From the human T2T-CHM13v2.0 reference genome, Homo sapiens, in NCBI RefSeq assembly GCF_009914755.1, contig NC_060940.1: a DNA stretch of 64,000 bases; one strand, given 5' to 3'. The position numbers were made by a program, and so were the translations under genes. The notes under the pieces are model-generated. The model was not told the origin of the DNA, did not search any database, and saw nothing but the letters and a program-made list of their open reading frames with translations. Position 1 is the stretch's first letter. Every line of letters starts with the position of its first letter. Below, one piece after another: positions 44,163 through 59,200 of this stretch.

Positions 44163-47100
44163 TCAAGTGCATTCGATGATATCATTCGATTCCATTTGAT
44201 GATAATTCCATTTGATTCCATGCGATGATTCTATTCGATTCCATTCAATGATAATTCCATTCAATTCAGTGATTCCTCTGGACTCCATTTGATGATGATT
44301 CCATTCAATGATTCCATTCGATTCTATTCGAAAATGATTACATTTGAATCCATTTCATGACGATTCCATTCCATTCCATTTGATGATTCCATACTATTCT
44401 ATTCGATGATGATTCCATTCGATTCCATTCGATGATGATTGGATTCGATTCCATTTGATGATTTCATTTGATTCCATTCGTTAATGATTTCGATCAATTC
44501 CATTCGATGATTCCATTCGATTCCATTCGATAATGATTACATCCGAGTCCATTCGATGATTCCATTTGAGCCTGTTCGATAATTCCATTTGAGTCCAACC
44601 AATGATTCCATTCATTTCCATTCAATGATTCCATTCGAGTCCATTTGATCATTCCGGTAGGGTCCATTCGATGTTGATTCCATTGGAGTGCATTCGATGA
44701 TTCCATTCGAGTCCATTTTAGGATTTGATTCGAGTCCTTTCGATGATTCCATTCGATTCCACTCGATGATGATTTCATTCGAGTCCATTCGACACTTCCA
44801 ATCGATTCCATTTGATGATTCCATTCGAGTCCAATTGATGATTCCATTCAATTCCATTCGATGATGATTCCGTACGATTCCATTCTGTGATGATTCCATG
44901 TGATTGCATTCAATGATGATTCCTTTCGATTGCATTCGATTATGATTCATTTCGTGTTCATTCTATGGTTCCACAGGTTTCCATTCGTGTCCATTCCATT
45001 ATTCCATTCTATTCCATTTGATGATGATTCCATTCGATTCCATTCATTGGTGATTCCACTCAATTCCATTCAATGATTCCATTCCATTTCTTTCAACAAT
45101 GATTCCATTAGTTTCTAATCGAGGATCCACTTGATTCCATTTGACGACGATTCCATTCTTGTCCATTCGATGATTCCATTTGATTCCATATGATGATGAT
45201 TCCATTCGATTCCATACCATGATGATTCCATTCGAGTCCATTCAATGGTGATTCCATTCAATTCCATTCGATGATTCCTTTCGATTCCATTCGATGATGA
45301 TGGCATTCGATTCCTTTCAATCATTCCCTTTGATTCCATTCAAAGGTGATTTCATTCAAGTCCATTCGATAATTGCATTCGATTCCATTCTATGATGATT
45401 CCATTCGAGTCCATTTGATGATTCCATTCAATTCAAGTCAATGATGATTCCATTCGATTCCATTCGATGATTCCATTGGATTCCATTCGATGATGATTCC
45501 ATTCACATCCATTCGATAATTCAATTCAAGTCCATTCGATGATGATTCCAATCGAATCCATTCAAAGATTCCATTCAGTTCCATTCGATGATTCCCTTAG
45601 ATTCCATTCGAGGATTCCACTTGATTGCATTTACGATGATTCCATTCGATTCCATGTGATGATTCCATTCAATTCTATTCAATGATGTCTCCATTTGATT
45701 CCATTCGACCATGATTGCCTTTGATTCCATTCAATGATTCCATTCGGTTCCGTTTGATGATGATTCCGTTCGATTCCATTTGATGATTCCATTGGATTCC
45801 ATTGGATGAGTCCATTCGATTACATTCGATGATTATTCCATTCGAGTGCATTAGATGATTCCATTCGAGTCCATTCGATGATTCCATTCGATTCCATTCG
45901 ATGTTGATTCTGTTCAAATCCATTCGATGATTCCACTCGATTCCATTCGTTGACTCCATTTGATCCCATTCGATGATTTCCTTTGATTCCCTTTGATGAT
46001 CATTCCATTTGATTCAATTCGGTGATTTCATTTGATTCCATTCAGTGATGTTTCCATTCGACTCCATTCGATGATGATTCCATTCGACTCCATTCGATTA
46101 TGATTTCATTCAATTCCATTCGATAATGATTCCCTTCGAGTCCATTCGATGATTCCATTCGATTCCATTCAACGATGATTTGATTCGTGTCCATTCGATG
46201 ATTCCATTTGATTCCACTTGATGATGATTCCATTCGAGTCCATTTGATGATTCCATTCAATTCCATACTCCGATGATTTCTTTTGAGCCCACTCAATGCT
46301 TCCACTCGATTCCATATGATGATGACTCCATTCGATGAAATTCGATGATGATTCCATTCGCTTGCTTTCGATGATGATTCCACTTGAGTCCGTTAGAAGA
46401 TTCTATTCAATTACATTCCATGACGATTCCGTTCGAGTCCATTTGATGATTCCATTAGACTCCATTCGACGATGATTCCATTCGATGTTATTCGATGATT
46501 CCATTCGATCTCATTCGATGATGATTCCATTAAACTCCATTCGATGTTTCCATTCGAGTTCATTCTATTATTCCATTAGATTCCATTCGATGATGATTCC
46601 ATTCGATTCCATTTGATGATTGCATTCTATTTCATTTGATGATGATTCCATTCGAGTCCACTCGATGATTCCATTCGAGTCCATTTAATGAATCCATTGG
46701 TTTCAATTCTATGATGATTACATTGGATTCCATTCGTTGATGATTTCATTCGGTTCCATTCAATGATGATTCCATTCAATTCCTTTCAATGTTTCCATTC
46801 AATTCCATACGATGATGATTCCATTTGATTTGATTCGACAGTGAGCCATTCGATTCAATTTCATGATGATTCTATTTATTCAATTGGTTGACATTTCCAT
46901 TCGATTCCATTCGATGATGATTCCCTTTGATTCCATTCAAAGATGATTCCATTCTAGCCCATTCAATCATTCCATTCGATTCTATTCAATGATGATTCCA
47001 TTCATGTCGATTTGGTGATTCCATTTGACTTCATTTGATGATGATTCCTTTCAAGTTCATTAGATGATTCCATTCGATTCCATTTGATGATGATCCCATT

Positions 47101-50100
47101 CGAGTCCATTCAGTGATTCCACTCGTTTCCATTCCATGATGATTCCATTCCATTCCATTCAATGATTCCATTCGATTCCGATGGATGATGATTTCATTCG
47201 AGTCCATTTGATGATTCCATTTGATTCCATTCGATGATGATTCCATTCGAGTCCATTCGATGATTCTATTCGAATCCATTTGATGATTTCTTTTGATTAT
47301 AGTTGGTGATGATTCCATTGGAGTCCATTCAATGATTCCATTCGATTCCAATCGATGGTGATTCCATTAGAGTCCATTTAATGATTCCATTTGATTCCAG
47401 TCTCTGATGATTACATTCGAGTCCATACGATGATTCCACTCAATTCCATATGATGATGATTCCATTCGATTCCATTCGGTGATTCCATTCTATTCTATTC
47501 AGTGGTGATTCCATTCGAGTACATTAGATGATTCCATTCGATTCCATTCAATGATGATTCTATTTGTGTCCCTTAGATGATTCCACATGATTCCATTAGA
47601 TGATGATACTATTTGAGCCCATCCAATGATTCCCTTCGATTCCATTCGATGAGGATTCCATTCGATTCAATTCATTGGTGATTCTATTCAATTCAATTCT
47701 TTGATTCCATTCCATTCCATTCGACAATGATTCCATTCGATTTCTTTCGATGATTCCACTCGATTCCACTTGACATTGATTCCCTTCGATTCCATTCAAT
47801 GATTCCATTTGATTCCAGTGGATGATGATTGCCATCGATTCCATTCGATCACTCCATTCTATTCCATTTGATGATGATTACATTCGATTCCATTTGACGA
47901 TTCCATCTGATTCTATTCGAGGATTCCATTTGATTCCATTCGATGATGATTCCATTCGAGTCCATTCGATGATTTCATTCGAGTACATCCAATGATTCCA
48001 TTCGAGTCCATTTGATGATTCCATTTGATTCCATTTGATTATGATTCTACTAGAGTCCATTCAATGACTCCATTCGAGTCCATTCAACAATTCCATTCGA
48101 CTCCATTCGATGATTCCATTCGATTCCATTTGATGATTCCATTCGAGTCCATTTAATCATTACAGTCGAGTCCATTTGGTGATTCCGCTGGATTTCCTTT
48201 GATAATGATACCATTCAATTACATTTGATGATGATCCCATTCAATTTCATTTGATGATGATTCCATTAGAGTCCATTCGATGATTTTATTCGAGTCCCTT
48301 CATTGATTCCATCCGATTTCATTGGATGATGACTCCATTCGAGTCCATTCGATGATTCCACTCGATTCCATTAGATGATTCCATTGGAGTCCATTTGATT
48401 GTTCCATTCGATTCCATTCGATTCCTTTCGAAGATTATTCCATTTGAGTCCATTCGATGATGATTCCATTCCATTCCATTCGATGATTCCGTTTGATTCC
48501 ATTCGATGATTCCCTTCGATTCCTTTCTTTGATGATTCCATTCCATTCCATTCAATGATTCCATTCGAATCTATTCCATGATGATTCCTTTCGATTCCAT
48601 TCGCTGATGTTTCCGTTCAATTCCATTCGATGATGATTCCATTCGATTCCATTCATTGAGGATTCCATTTGATTCCATTCAATGATGATTCCATTCTATT
48701 CCATTCAATGATTGCATTCAATTCCATTCAATGATTATCCCATTAGAGTAAACTCAACGATTCCATTCAATACCATTCGATGATGATTCCTTTTGAGTCC
48801 ATTCAATGATTTCATTCAAGTCCATTTGATGATTCCTTTCAATTCCATTCTATGATGATTCCATTCGAGTCCATTCGATGATTCCATTCGATTGCATTCG
48901 ATGATTCCATTATATTCCATTCAACGATGATTCCATTCGAGTCCATTCGATGATTCCATTAGAGTACATTTAATGATTGCTTTGTTTTCAATTCGAAGAT
49001 GATTACATTCGATTCCATTCTATGATACCATTCGTTTCCATTCAATGATGACTCCACTCAAATCCATTGGATGATTCCATTCGTGTCCATTCGGTGATTT
49101 CATTAGATTCCATTCGAGGATGATTCCATTCGATTCCATTCGATGATTCCATTCAATTCCATTCGATGATGATTCCATTCGAGTCCATATGATCATTCCA
49201 TTTGATTTCATTCGATGATGATTCCATTCGATTCCATTCGACGATTCCATTCTATTCCATTCGATGATGATTCCATTCGAGTCCATTCGATGATTCCATT
49301 CGAGTCCATTTAATGATTCCATTGGGTTCAATTCAATGATGATTACATTGGATTCCGTTCTATGATTCCATTCAATTCCGTTCATTGACAATTTGATTCC
49401 ATTCGATGATGATTCCATTTGAGTTCATTCGATGATTCTATTCGATTCTCTTCGATGGTGATTCAATTCTATTATATTGGATGATTCCATTTGATGTTGA
49501 TTCAATTCGATTCTATTCGATGATGATTCCATTGGATTTCACTTGATGATTCTATTCGATTCCATTCAATGATGATTCACTTCTCGTCCATTGGATGATT
49601 CCATTTCATTCCATTCGATGATGATTCCATTCGATTCCATTCGATGATTCCATTTGATTCCATGCGACGGTGAGCAATTCGATTCAATTCCATGATGATT
49701 CTATTTGATTCAATTAGATGATGTTTCCATTCGAATCCATTCCATGATTATTCCATTGGAATCCATTCGGCGATGATTCCATATGAGACAATTCAATGAT
49801 GATTCCATATGAGTCAATTCAATGATGATTCCATATGGGTCCGTTCGATGATAATTCCATTTGATTTCATTCGATGCTTCTATTCAATTCCAGTCGATGA
49901 TGATTCCGTTGGAGTCCATACGATGATTCCATTTGATTTCATTTCATGATGATTCCATTCGGTGACGATTACATTGGATTCCATTCTATGATTCCATTCA
50001 GTTCATTCGTTGATGATTCGATTCCATTCAATGATGATTCCATTTGAGTTCATTCGGTGATTCTATTCGATTCCATTCTATGGTGATTCAATTCTCTTAT

Positions 50101-50239
50101 ATTGGATGATTCGACTCGATTCCATTTGATGATTATTCCATTGGAGTCCACTTAGTGAATCCTTTAGATTCTACTCGAAGATGATTCCATTCGAGTCCAT
50201 TCGATGATACCATTCAATTCCATTCGTTGATGCTTCCAT
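44163..50239 (+). repeat. Unit 9 (6,077 bp), sister of unit 7
   Basis: Landmark at 44163 and 50240. It shares unit-7 variants (GAGGATCC, TTCACATCC, TTATAGTTGG). Private indels of -10, +26 and -1 bp account for the +15 bp. Confidence 0.9.
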
Positions 50240-53200
50240 TCAAGTGCATTCGATGATATCATTCGATTCCATTTGATGATAATTCCATTTGATTCCATGC
50301 GATGATTCTATTCGATTCCATTCAATGATAATTCCATTCAATTCAGTGATTCCTCTGGACTCCATTTGATGATGATTCCATTCAATGATTCCATTCGATT
50401 CTATTCGAAAATGATTACATTTGAATCCATTTGATGACGATTCCATTCCATTCCATTTGATGATTCCATACTATTCTATTCGATGATGATTCCATTCGAT
50501 TCCATTCGATGATGATTGGATTCGATTCCATTTGATGATTTCATTTGATTCCATTCGTTAATGATTTCGATCAATTCCATTCGATGATTCCATTCGATTC
50601 CATTCGATAATGATTACATCCGAGTCCATTCGATGATTCCATTTGAGCCTGTTCGATAATTCCATTTGAGTCCAACCAATGATTCCATTCATTTCCATTC
50701 AATGATTCCATTCGAGTCCATTTGATCATTCCGGTAGGGTCCATTCGATGTTGATTCCATTGGAGTGCATTCGATGATTCCATTCGAGTCCATTTTAGGA
50801 TTTGATTCGAGTCCTTTCGATGATTCCATTCGATTCCACTCGATGATGATTTCATTCGAGTCCATTCGACACTTCCAATCGATTCCATTTGATGATTCCA
50901 TTCGAGTCCTATTGATGATTCCATTCAATTCCATTCGATGATGATTCCGTACGATTCCATTCTGTGATGATTCCATGTGATTGCATTCAATGATGATTCC
51001 TTTCGATTGCATTCGATTATGATTCATTTCGTCTTCATTCTATGGTTCCACAGGTTTCCATTCGTGTCCATTCCATTATTCCATTCTATTCCATTTGATG
51101 ATGATTCCATTCGATTCCATTCATTGGTGATTCCACTCAATTCCATTCAATGATTCCATTCCATTTCTTTCAACAATGATTCCATTAGTTTCTAATCGAT
51201 GATCCACTTGATTCCATTTGACGACGATTCCATTCTTGTCCATTCGATGATTCCATTTGATTCCATATGATGATGATTCCATTCGATTCCATACCATGAT
51301 GATTCCATTCGAGTCCATTCAATGGTGATTCCATTCAATTCCATTCGATGATTCCTTTCGATTCCATTCGATGATGATGGCATTCGATTCCTTTCAATCA
51401 TTCCCTTTGATTCCATTCAAAGGTGATTTCATTCAAGTCCATTCGATAATTGCATTCGATTCCATTCTATGATGATTCCATTCGAGTCCATTTGATGATT
51501 CCATTCAATTCAAGTCAATGATGATTCCATTCGATTCCATTCGATGATTCCATTGGATTCCATTCGATGATGATTCCATTCAAATCCATTCGATAATTCA
51601 ATTCAAGTCCATTCGATGATGATTCCAATCGAATCCATTCAAAGATTCCATTCAGTTCCATTCGATGATTCCCTTGGATTCCATTCGATGATTCCACTTG
51701 ATTGCATTTACGATGATTCCATTCGATTCCATGTGATGATTCCATTCAATTCTATTCAATGATGTCTCCATTTGATTCCATTCGACCATGATTGCCTTTG
51801 ATTCCATTCAATGATTCCATTCGGTTCCGTTTGATGATGATTCCGTTCGATTCCATTTGATGATTCCATTTGATTCCATTGGATGAGTCCATTCGATTAC
51901 ATTCGATGATTATTCCATTCGAGTGCATTAGATGATTCCATTCGAGTCCATTCGATGATTCCATTCGATTCCATTCGATGTTGATTCTGTTCAAATCCAT
52001 TCGATGATTCCACTCGATTCCATTCGTTGACTCCATTTGATCCCATTCGATGATTTCCTTTGATTCCCTTTGATGATCATTCCATTTGATTCAATTCGGT
52101 GATTTCATTTGATTCCATTCAGTGATGTTTCCATTCGACTCCATTCGATGATGATTCCATTCGACTCCATTCGATTATGATTTCATTCAATTCCATTCGA
52201 TAATGATTCCCTTCGAGTCCATTCGATGATTCCATTCGATTCCATTCAACGATGATTTGATTCGTGTCCATTCGATGATTCCATTTGATTCCACTTGATG
52301 ATGATTCCATTCGAGTCCATTTGATGATTCCATTCAATTCCATACTCCGATGATTTCTTTTGAGCCCACTCAATGCTTCCACTCGATTCCATATGATGAT
52401 GACTCCATTCGATGAAATTCGATGATGATTCCATTCGCTTGCTTTCGATGATGATTCCACTTGAGTCCGTTAGAAGATTCTATTCAATTACATTCCATGA
52501 CGATTCCGTTCGAGTCCATTTGATGATTCCATTAGACTCCATTCGACGATGATTCCATTCGATGTTATTCCATGATTCCATTCGATCTCATTCGATGATG
52601 ATTCCATTCAACTCCATTCGATGTTTCCATTCGAGTTCATTCTATTATTCCATTAGATTCCATTCGATGATGATTCCATTCGATTCCATTTGATGATTGC
52701 ATTCTATTTCATTTGATGATGATTCCATTCGAGTCCACTCGATGATTCCATTCGAGTCCATTTAATGAATCCATTGGTTTCAATTCTATGATGATTACAT
52801 TGGATTCCATTCGTTGATGATTTCATTCAGTTCCATTCAATGATGATTCCATTCAATTCCTTTCAATGTTTCCATTCAATTCCATACGATGATGATTCCA
52901 TTTGATTTGATTCGACAGTGAGCCATTCGATTCAATTTCATGATGATTCTATTTATTCAATTGGTTGACATTTCCATTCGATTCCATTCGATGATGATTC
53001 CCTTTGATTCCATTCAAAGATGATTCCATTCTAGCCCATTCAATCATTCCATTCGATTCTATTCAATGATGATTCCATTCATGTCGATTTGGTGATTCCA
53101 TTTGACTTCATTTGATGATGATTCCTTTCAAGTTCATTAGATGATTCCATTCGATTCCATTTGATGATGATCCCATTCGAGTCCATTCAGTGATTCCATT

Positions 53201-56200
53201 CGTTTCCATTCCATGATGATTCCATTACTTTCCATTCAATGATTCCATTCGATTCCGTTTGATGATGATTTCATTCGAGTCCATTTGATGATTCCATTTG
53301 ATTCCATTCGATGATGATTCCATTCGAGTCCATTCGATGATTCTATTCGAATCCATTTGATGATTTCTTTTGATTATATTTGGTGATGATTCCATTGGAG
53401 TCCATTCAATGATTCCATTCTATTCCAATCGATGATGATTCCATTAGAGTCCATTTAATGATTCCATTTGATTCCAGTCTCTGATGATTACATTCGAGTC
53501 CATACGATGATTCCACTCAATTCCATATGATGATGATTCCATTCGATTCCATTCGGTTATTCCATTCTATTCTATTCAGTGGTGATTCCATTCGAGTACA
53601 TTAGATGATTCCATTCGATTCCATTCAATGATGATTCTATTTGTGTCCCTTAGATGATTCCACATGATTCCATTAGATGATGATACTATTTGAGCCCATC
53701 CAATGATTCCCTTCGATTCCATTCGATGAGGATTCCATTCGATTCAATTCATTGGTGATTCTATTCAATTCAATTCTTTGATTCCATTCCATTCCATTCG
53801 ACAATGATTCCATTCGATTTCTTTCGATGATTCCACTCGATTCCACTTGACATTGATTCCCTTCGATTCCATTCAATGATTCCATTTGATTCCAGTGGAT
53901 GATGATTGCCATCGATTCCATTCGATCACTCCATTCTATTCCATTTGATGATGATTACATTCGATTCCATTTGACGATTCCATCTGATTCTATTCGAGGA
54001 TTCCATTTGATTCCATTCGATGATGATTCCATTCGAGTCCATTCGATGATTTCATTCGAGTACATCCAATGATTCCATTCGAGTCCATTTGATGATTCCA
54101 TTTGATTCCATTTGATTATGATTCTACTAGAGTCCATTCAATGACTCCATTCGAGTCCATTCAACAATTCCATTCGACTCCATTCGATGATTCCATTCGA
54201 TTCCATTTGATGATTCCATTCGAGTCCATTTAATCATTACAGTCGAGTCCATTTGGTGATTCCGCTGGATTTCCTTTGATAATGATACCATTCGATTACA
54301 TTTGATGATGATCCCATTCAATTTCATTTGATGATGATTCCATTAGAGTCCATTCGATGATTTTATTCGAGTCCCTTCATTGATTCCATCCGATTTCATT
54401 GGATGATGACTCCATTCGAGTCCATTCGATGATTCCACTCGATTCCATTAGATGATTCCATTGGAGTCCATTTGATTGTTCCATTCGATTCCATTCGATT
54501 CCTTTCGAAGATTATTCCATTTGAGTCCATTCGATGATGATTCCATTCCATTCCATTCGATGATTCCGTTTGATTCCATTCGATGATTCCCTTCGATTCC
54601 TTTCTTTGATGATTCCATTCCATTCCATTCAATGATTCCATTCGAATCTATTCCATGATGATTCCTTTCGATTCCATTCGCTGATGTTTCCGTTCAATTC
54701 CATTCGATGATGATTCCATTCGATTCCATTCATTGAGGATTCCATTTGATTCCATTCAATGATTCCATTCTATTCCATTCAATGATTGCATTCAATTCCA
54801 TTCAATGATTATCCCATTAGAGTAAACTCAACGATTCCATTCAATACCATTCGATGATGATTCCTTTTGAGTCCATTCAATGATTTCATTCAAGTCCATT
54901 TGATGATTCCTTTCAATTCCATTCTATGATGATTCCATTCGAGTCCATTCGATGATTCCATTCGATTGCATTCGATGATTCCATTATATTCCATTCAACG
55001 ATGATTCCATTCGAGTCCATTCGATGATTCCATTAGAGTACATTTAATGATTGCTTTGTTTTCAATTCGAAGATGATTACATTCGATTCCATTCTATGAT
55101 ACCATTCGATTCCATTCAATGATGACTCCACTCAAATCCATTGGATGATTCCATTCGTGTCCATTCGGTGATTTCATTAGATTCCATTCGAGGATGATTC
55201 CATTCGATTCCATTCGATGATTCCATTCAATTCCATTCGATGATGATTCCATTCGAGTCCATATGATCATTCCATTTGATTTCATTCGATGATGATTCCA
55301 TTCGATTCCATTCGACGATTCCATTCTATTCCATTCGATGATGATTCCATTCGAGTCCATTCGATGATTCCATTCGAGTCCATTTAATGATTCCATTGGG
55401 TTCAATTCAATGATGATTACATTGGATTCCGTTCTATGATTCCATTCAATTCCGTTCATTGACAATTTGATTCCATTCGATGATGATTCCATTTGAGTTC
55501 ATTCGATGATTCTATTCGATTCTCTTCGATGGTGATTCAATTCTATTATATTGGATGATTCCATTCGATTCCATTTGATGTTGATTCAATTCGATTCTAT
55601 TCGATGATGATTCCATTGGATTTCACTTGATGATTCTATTCGATTCCATTCAATGATGATTCACTTCTCGTCCATTGGATGATTCCATTTCATTCCATTC
55701 GATGATGATTCCATTCGATTCCATTCGATGATTCCATTTGATTCCATGCGACGGTGAGCAATTCGATTCAATTCCATGATGATTCTATTTGATTCAATTA
55801 GATGATGTTTCCATTCGAATCCATTCCATGATTATTCCATTGGAATCCATTCGGCGATGATTCCATATGAGTCAATTCAATGATGATTCCATATGGGTCC
55901 GTTCGATGATAATTCCATTTGATTTCATTCGATGCTTCTATTCAATTCCAGTCGATGATGATTCCGTTGGAGTCCATACGATGATTCCATTTGATTTCAT
56001 TTCATGATGATTCCATTCGATGACGATTACATTGGATTCCATTCTATGATTCCATTCAATTCCATTCGTTGATGATACGATTCCATTCAATGATGATTCC
56101 ATTTGAGTTCATTCGGTGATTCTATTCGATTCCATTCTATGGTGATTCAATTCTCTTATATTGGATGATTCGACTCGATTCCATTTGATGATTATTCCAT

Positions 56201-56298
56201 TGGAGTCCACTTAGTGAATCCTTTAGATTCTACTCGAAGATGATTCCATTCGAGTCCATTCGATGATACCATTCAATTCCATTCGTTGATGCTTCCAT
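50240..56298 (+). repeat. Unit 10 (6,059 bp), sister of unit 8
   Basis: Landmark at 50240 and 56299. It shares unit-8 variants (TTTCGTCTTC, CCCTTGGATT, CCATTACTTT and the 3-bp loss near 54760). Confidence 0.9.
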
Positions 56299-59200
56299 TC
56301 AAGTGCATTCGATGATATCATTCGATTCCATTTGATGATAATTCCATTTGATTCCATGCGATGATTCTATTCGATTCCATTCAATGATAATTCCATTCAA
56401 TTCAGTGATTCCTCTGGACTCCATTTGATGATGATTCCATTCAATGATTCCATTCGATTCTATTCGAAAATGATTACATTTGAATCCATTTGATGACGAT
56501 TCCATTCCATTCCATTTGATGATTCCATACTATTCTATTCGATGATGATTCCATTCGATTCCATTCGATGATGATTGGATTCGATTCCATTTGATGATTT
56601 CATTTGATTCCATTCGTTAATGATTTCGATCAATTCCATTCGATGATTCCATTCGATTCCATTCGATAATGATTACATCCGAGTCCATTCGATGATTCCA
56701 TTTGAGCCTGTTCGATAATTCCATTTGAGTCCAATCAATGATTCCATTCATTTCCATTCAATGATTCCATTCGAGTCCATTTGATCATTCCGGTAGGGTC
56801 CATTCGATGTTGATTCCATTGGAGTGCATTCGATGATTCCATTCGAGTCCATTTTAGGATTTGATTCGAGTCCTTTCGATGATTCCATTCGATTCCACTC
56901 GATGATGATTTCATTCGAGTCCATTCGACACTTCCAATCGATTCCATTTGATGATTCCATTCGAGTCCTATTGATGATTCCATTCAATTCCATTCGATGA
57001 TGATTCCGTACGATTCCATTCTGTGATGATTCCATGTGATTGCATTCAATGATGATTCCTTTCGATTGCATTCGATTATGATTCATTTCGTGTTCATTCT
57101 ATGGTTCCACAGGTTTCCATTCGTGTCCATTCCATTATTCCATTCTATTCCATTTGATGATGATTCCATTCGATTCCATTCATTGGTGATTCCACTCAAT
57201 TCCATTCAATGATTCCATTCCATTTCTTTCAACAATGATTCCATTAGTTTCTAATCGATGATCCACTTGATTCCATTTGACGACGATTCCATTCTTGTCC
57301 ATTCGATGATTCCATTTGATTCCATATGATGATGATTCCATTCGATTCCATACCATGATGATTCCATTCGAGTCCATTCAATGGTGATTCCATTCAATTC
57401 CATTCGATGATTCCTTTTGATTCCATTCGATGATGATGGCATTCGATTCCTTTCAATCATTCCCTTTGATTCCATTCAAAGGTGATTTCATTCAAGTCCA
57501 TTCGATAATTGAATTCGATTCCATTCTATGATGATTCCATTCGAGTCCATTTGATGATTCCATTCAATTCAAGTCAATGATGATTCCATTCTATTCCATT
57601 TGATGATTCCATGGGATTCCATTCGATGATGATTCCATTCAAATCCATTCGATAATTCAATTCAAGTCCATTCGATGATGATTCCAATCGAATCCATTCA
57701 AAGATTCCATTCAGTTCCATTCGATGATTCCCTTAGATTCCATTCGATGATTCCACTTGATTGCATTTACGATGATTCCATTCGATTCCATGTGATGATT
57801 CCATTCAATTCTATTCAATGATGTCTCCATTTGATTCCATTCGACCATGATTGCCTTTGATTCCATTCAATGATTCCATTCGGTTCCGTTTGATGATGAT
57901 TCCGTTCGATTCCATTTGATGATTCCATTGGATTCCATTGGATGAGTCCATTCGATTACATTCGATGATTATTCCATTCGAGTGCATTAGATGATTCCAT
58001 TCGAGTCCATTCGATGATTCCATTCGATTCCATTCGATGTTGATTCTGTTCAAATCCATTCGATGATTCCACTCGATTCCATTCGTTGACTCCATTTGAT
58101 CCCATTCGATGATTTCCTTTGATTCCCTTTGATGATCATTCCATTTGATTCAATTCGGTGATTTCATTTGATTCCATTCAGTGATGTTTCCATTCGACTC
58201 CATTCGATGATGATTCCATTCGACTCCATTCGATTATGATTTCATTCAATTCCATTCGATAATGATTCCCTTCGAGTCCATTCGATGATTCCATTCGATT
58301 CCATTCAACGATGATTTGATTCGTGTCCATTCGATGATTCCATTTGATTCCACTTGATGATGATTCCATTCGAGTCCATTTGATGATTCCATTCAATTCC
58401 ATACTCCGATGATTTCTTTTGAGCCCACTCAATGCTTCCACTCGATTCCATATGATGATGACTCCATTCGATGAAATTCGATGATGATTCCATTCGCTTG
58501 CTTTCGATGATGATTCCACTTGAGTCCGTTAGAAGATTCTATTCAATTACATTCCATGACGATTCCGTTCGAGTATATTTGATGATTCCATTAGACTCCA
58601 TTCGACGATGATTCCATTCGATGTTATTCCATGATTCCATTCGATCTCATTCGATGATGATTCCATTCAACTCCATTCGATGTTTCCATTCGAGTTCATT
58701 CTATTATTCCATTAGATTCCATTCGATGATGATTCCATTCGATTCCATTTGATGATTGCATTCTATTTCATTTGATGATGATTCCATTCGAGTCCACTCG
58801 ATGATTCCATTCGAGTCCATTTAATGAATACATTGGTTTCAATTCTATGATGATTACATTGGATTCCATTCGTTGATGAATTCATTCGGCTCCATTCAAT
58901 GATGATTCCATTCAATTCCTTTCAATGTTTCCATTCAATTCCATACGATGATGATTCCATTTGATTTGATTCGACAGTGAGCCATTCGATTCAATTCCAT
59001 GATGATTCTATTTGATTCAATTGGTTGACATTTCCATTCGATTCCATTCGATGATGATTCCCTTTGATTCCGTTCAAAGATGATTCCATTCTAGCCCATT
59101 CAATCATTCCATTCGATTCTATTCAATGATGATTCCATTCATGTCGATTTGGTGATTCCATTTGACTTCATTTGATGATGATTCCTTTCAAGTTCATTAG

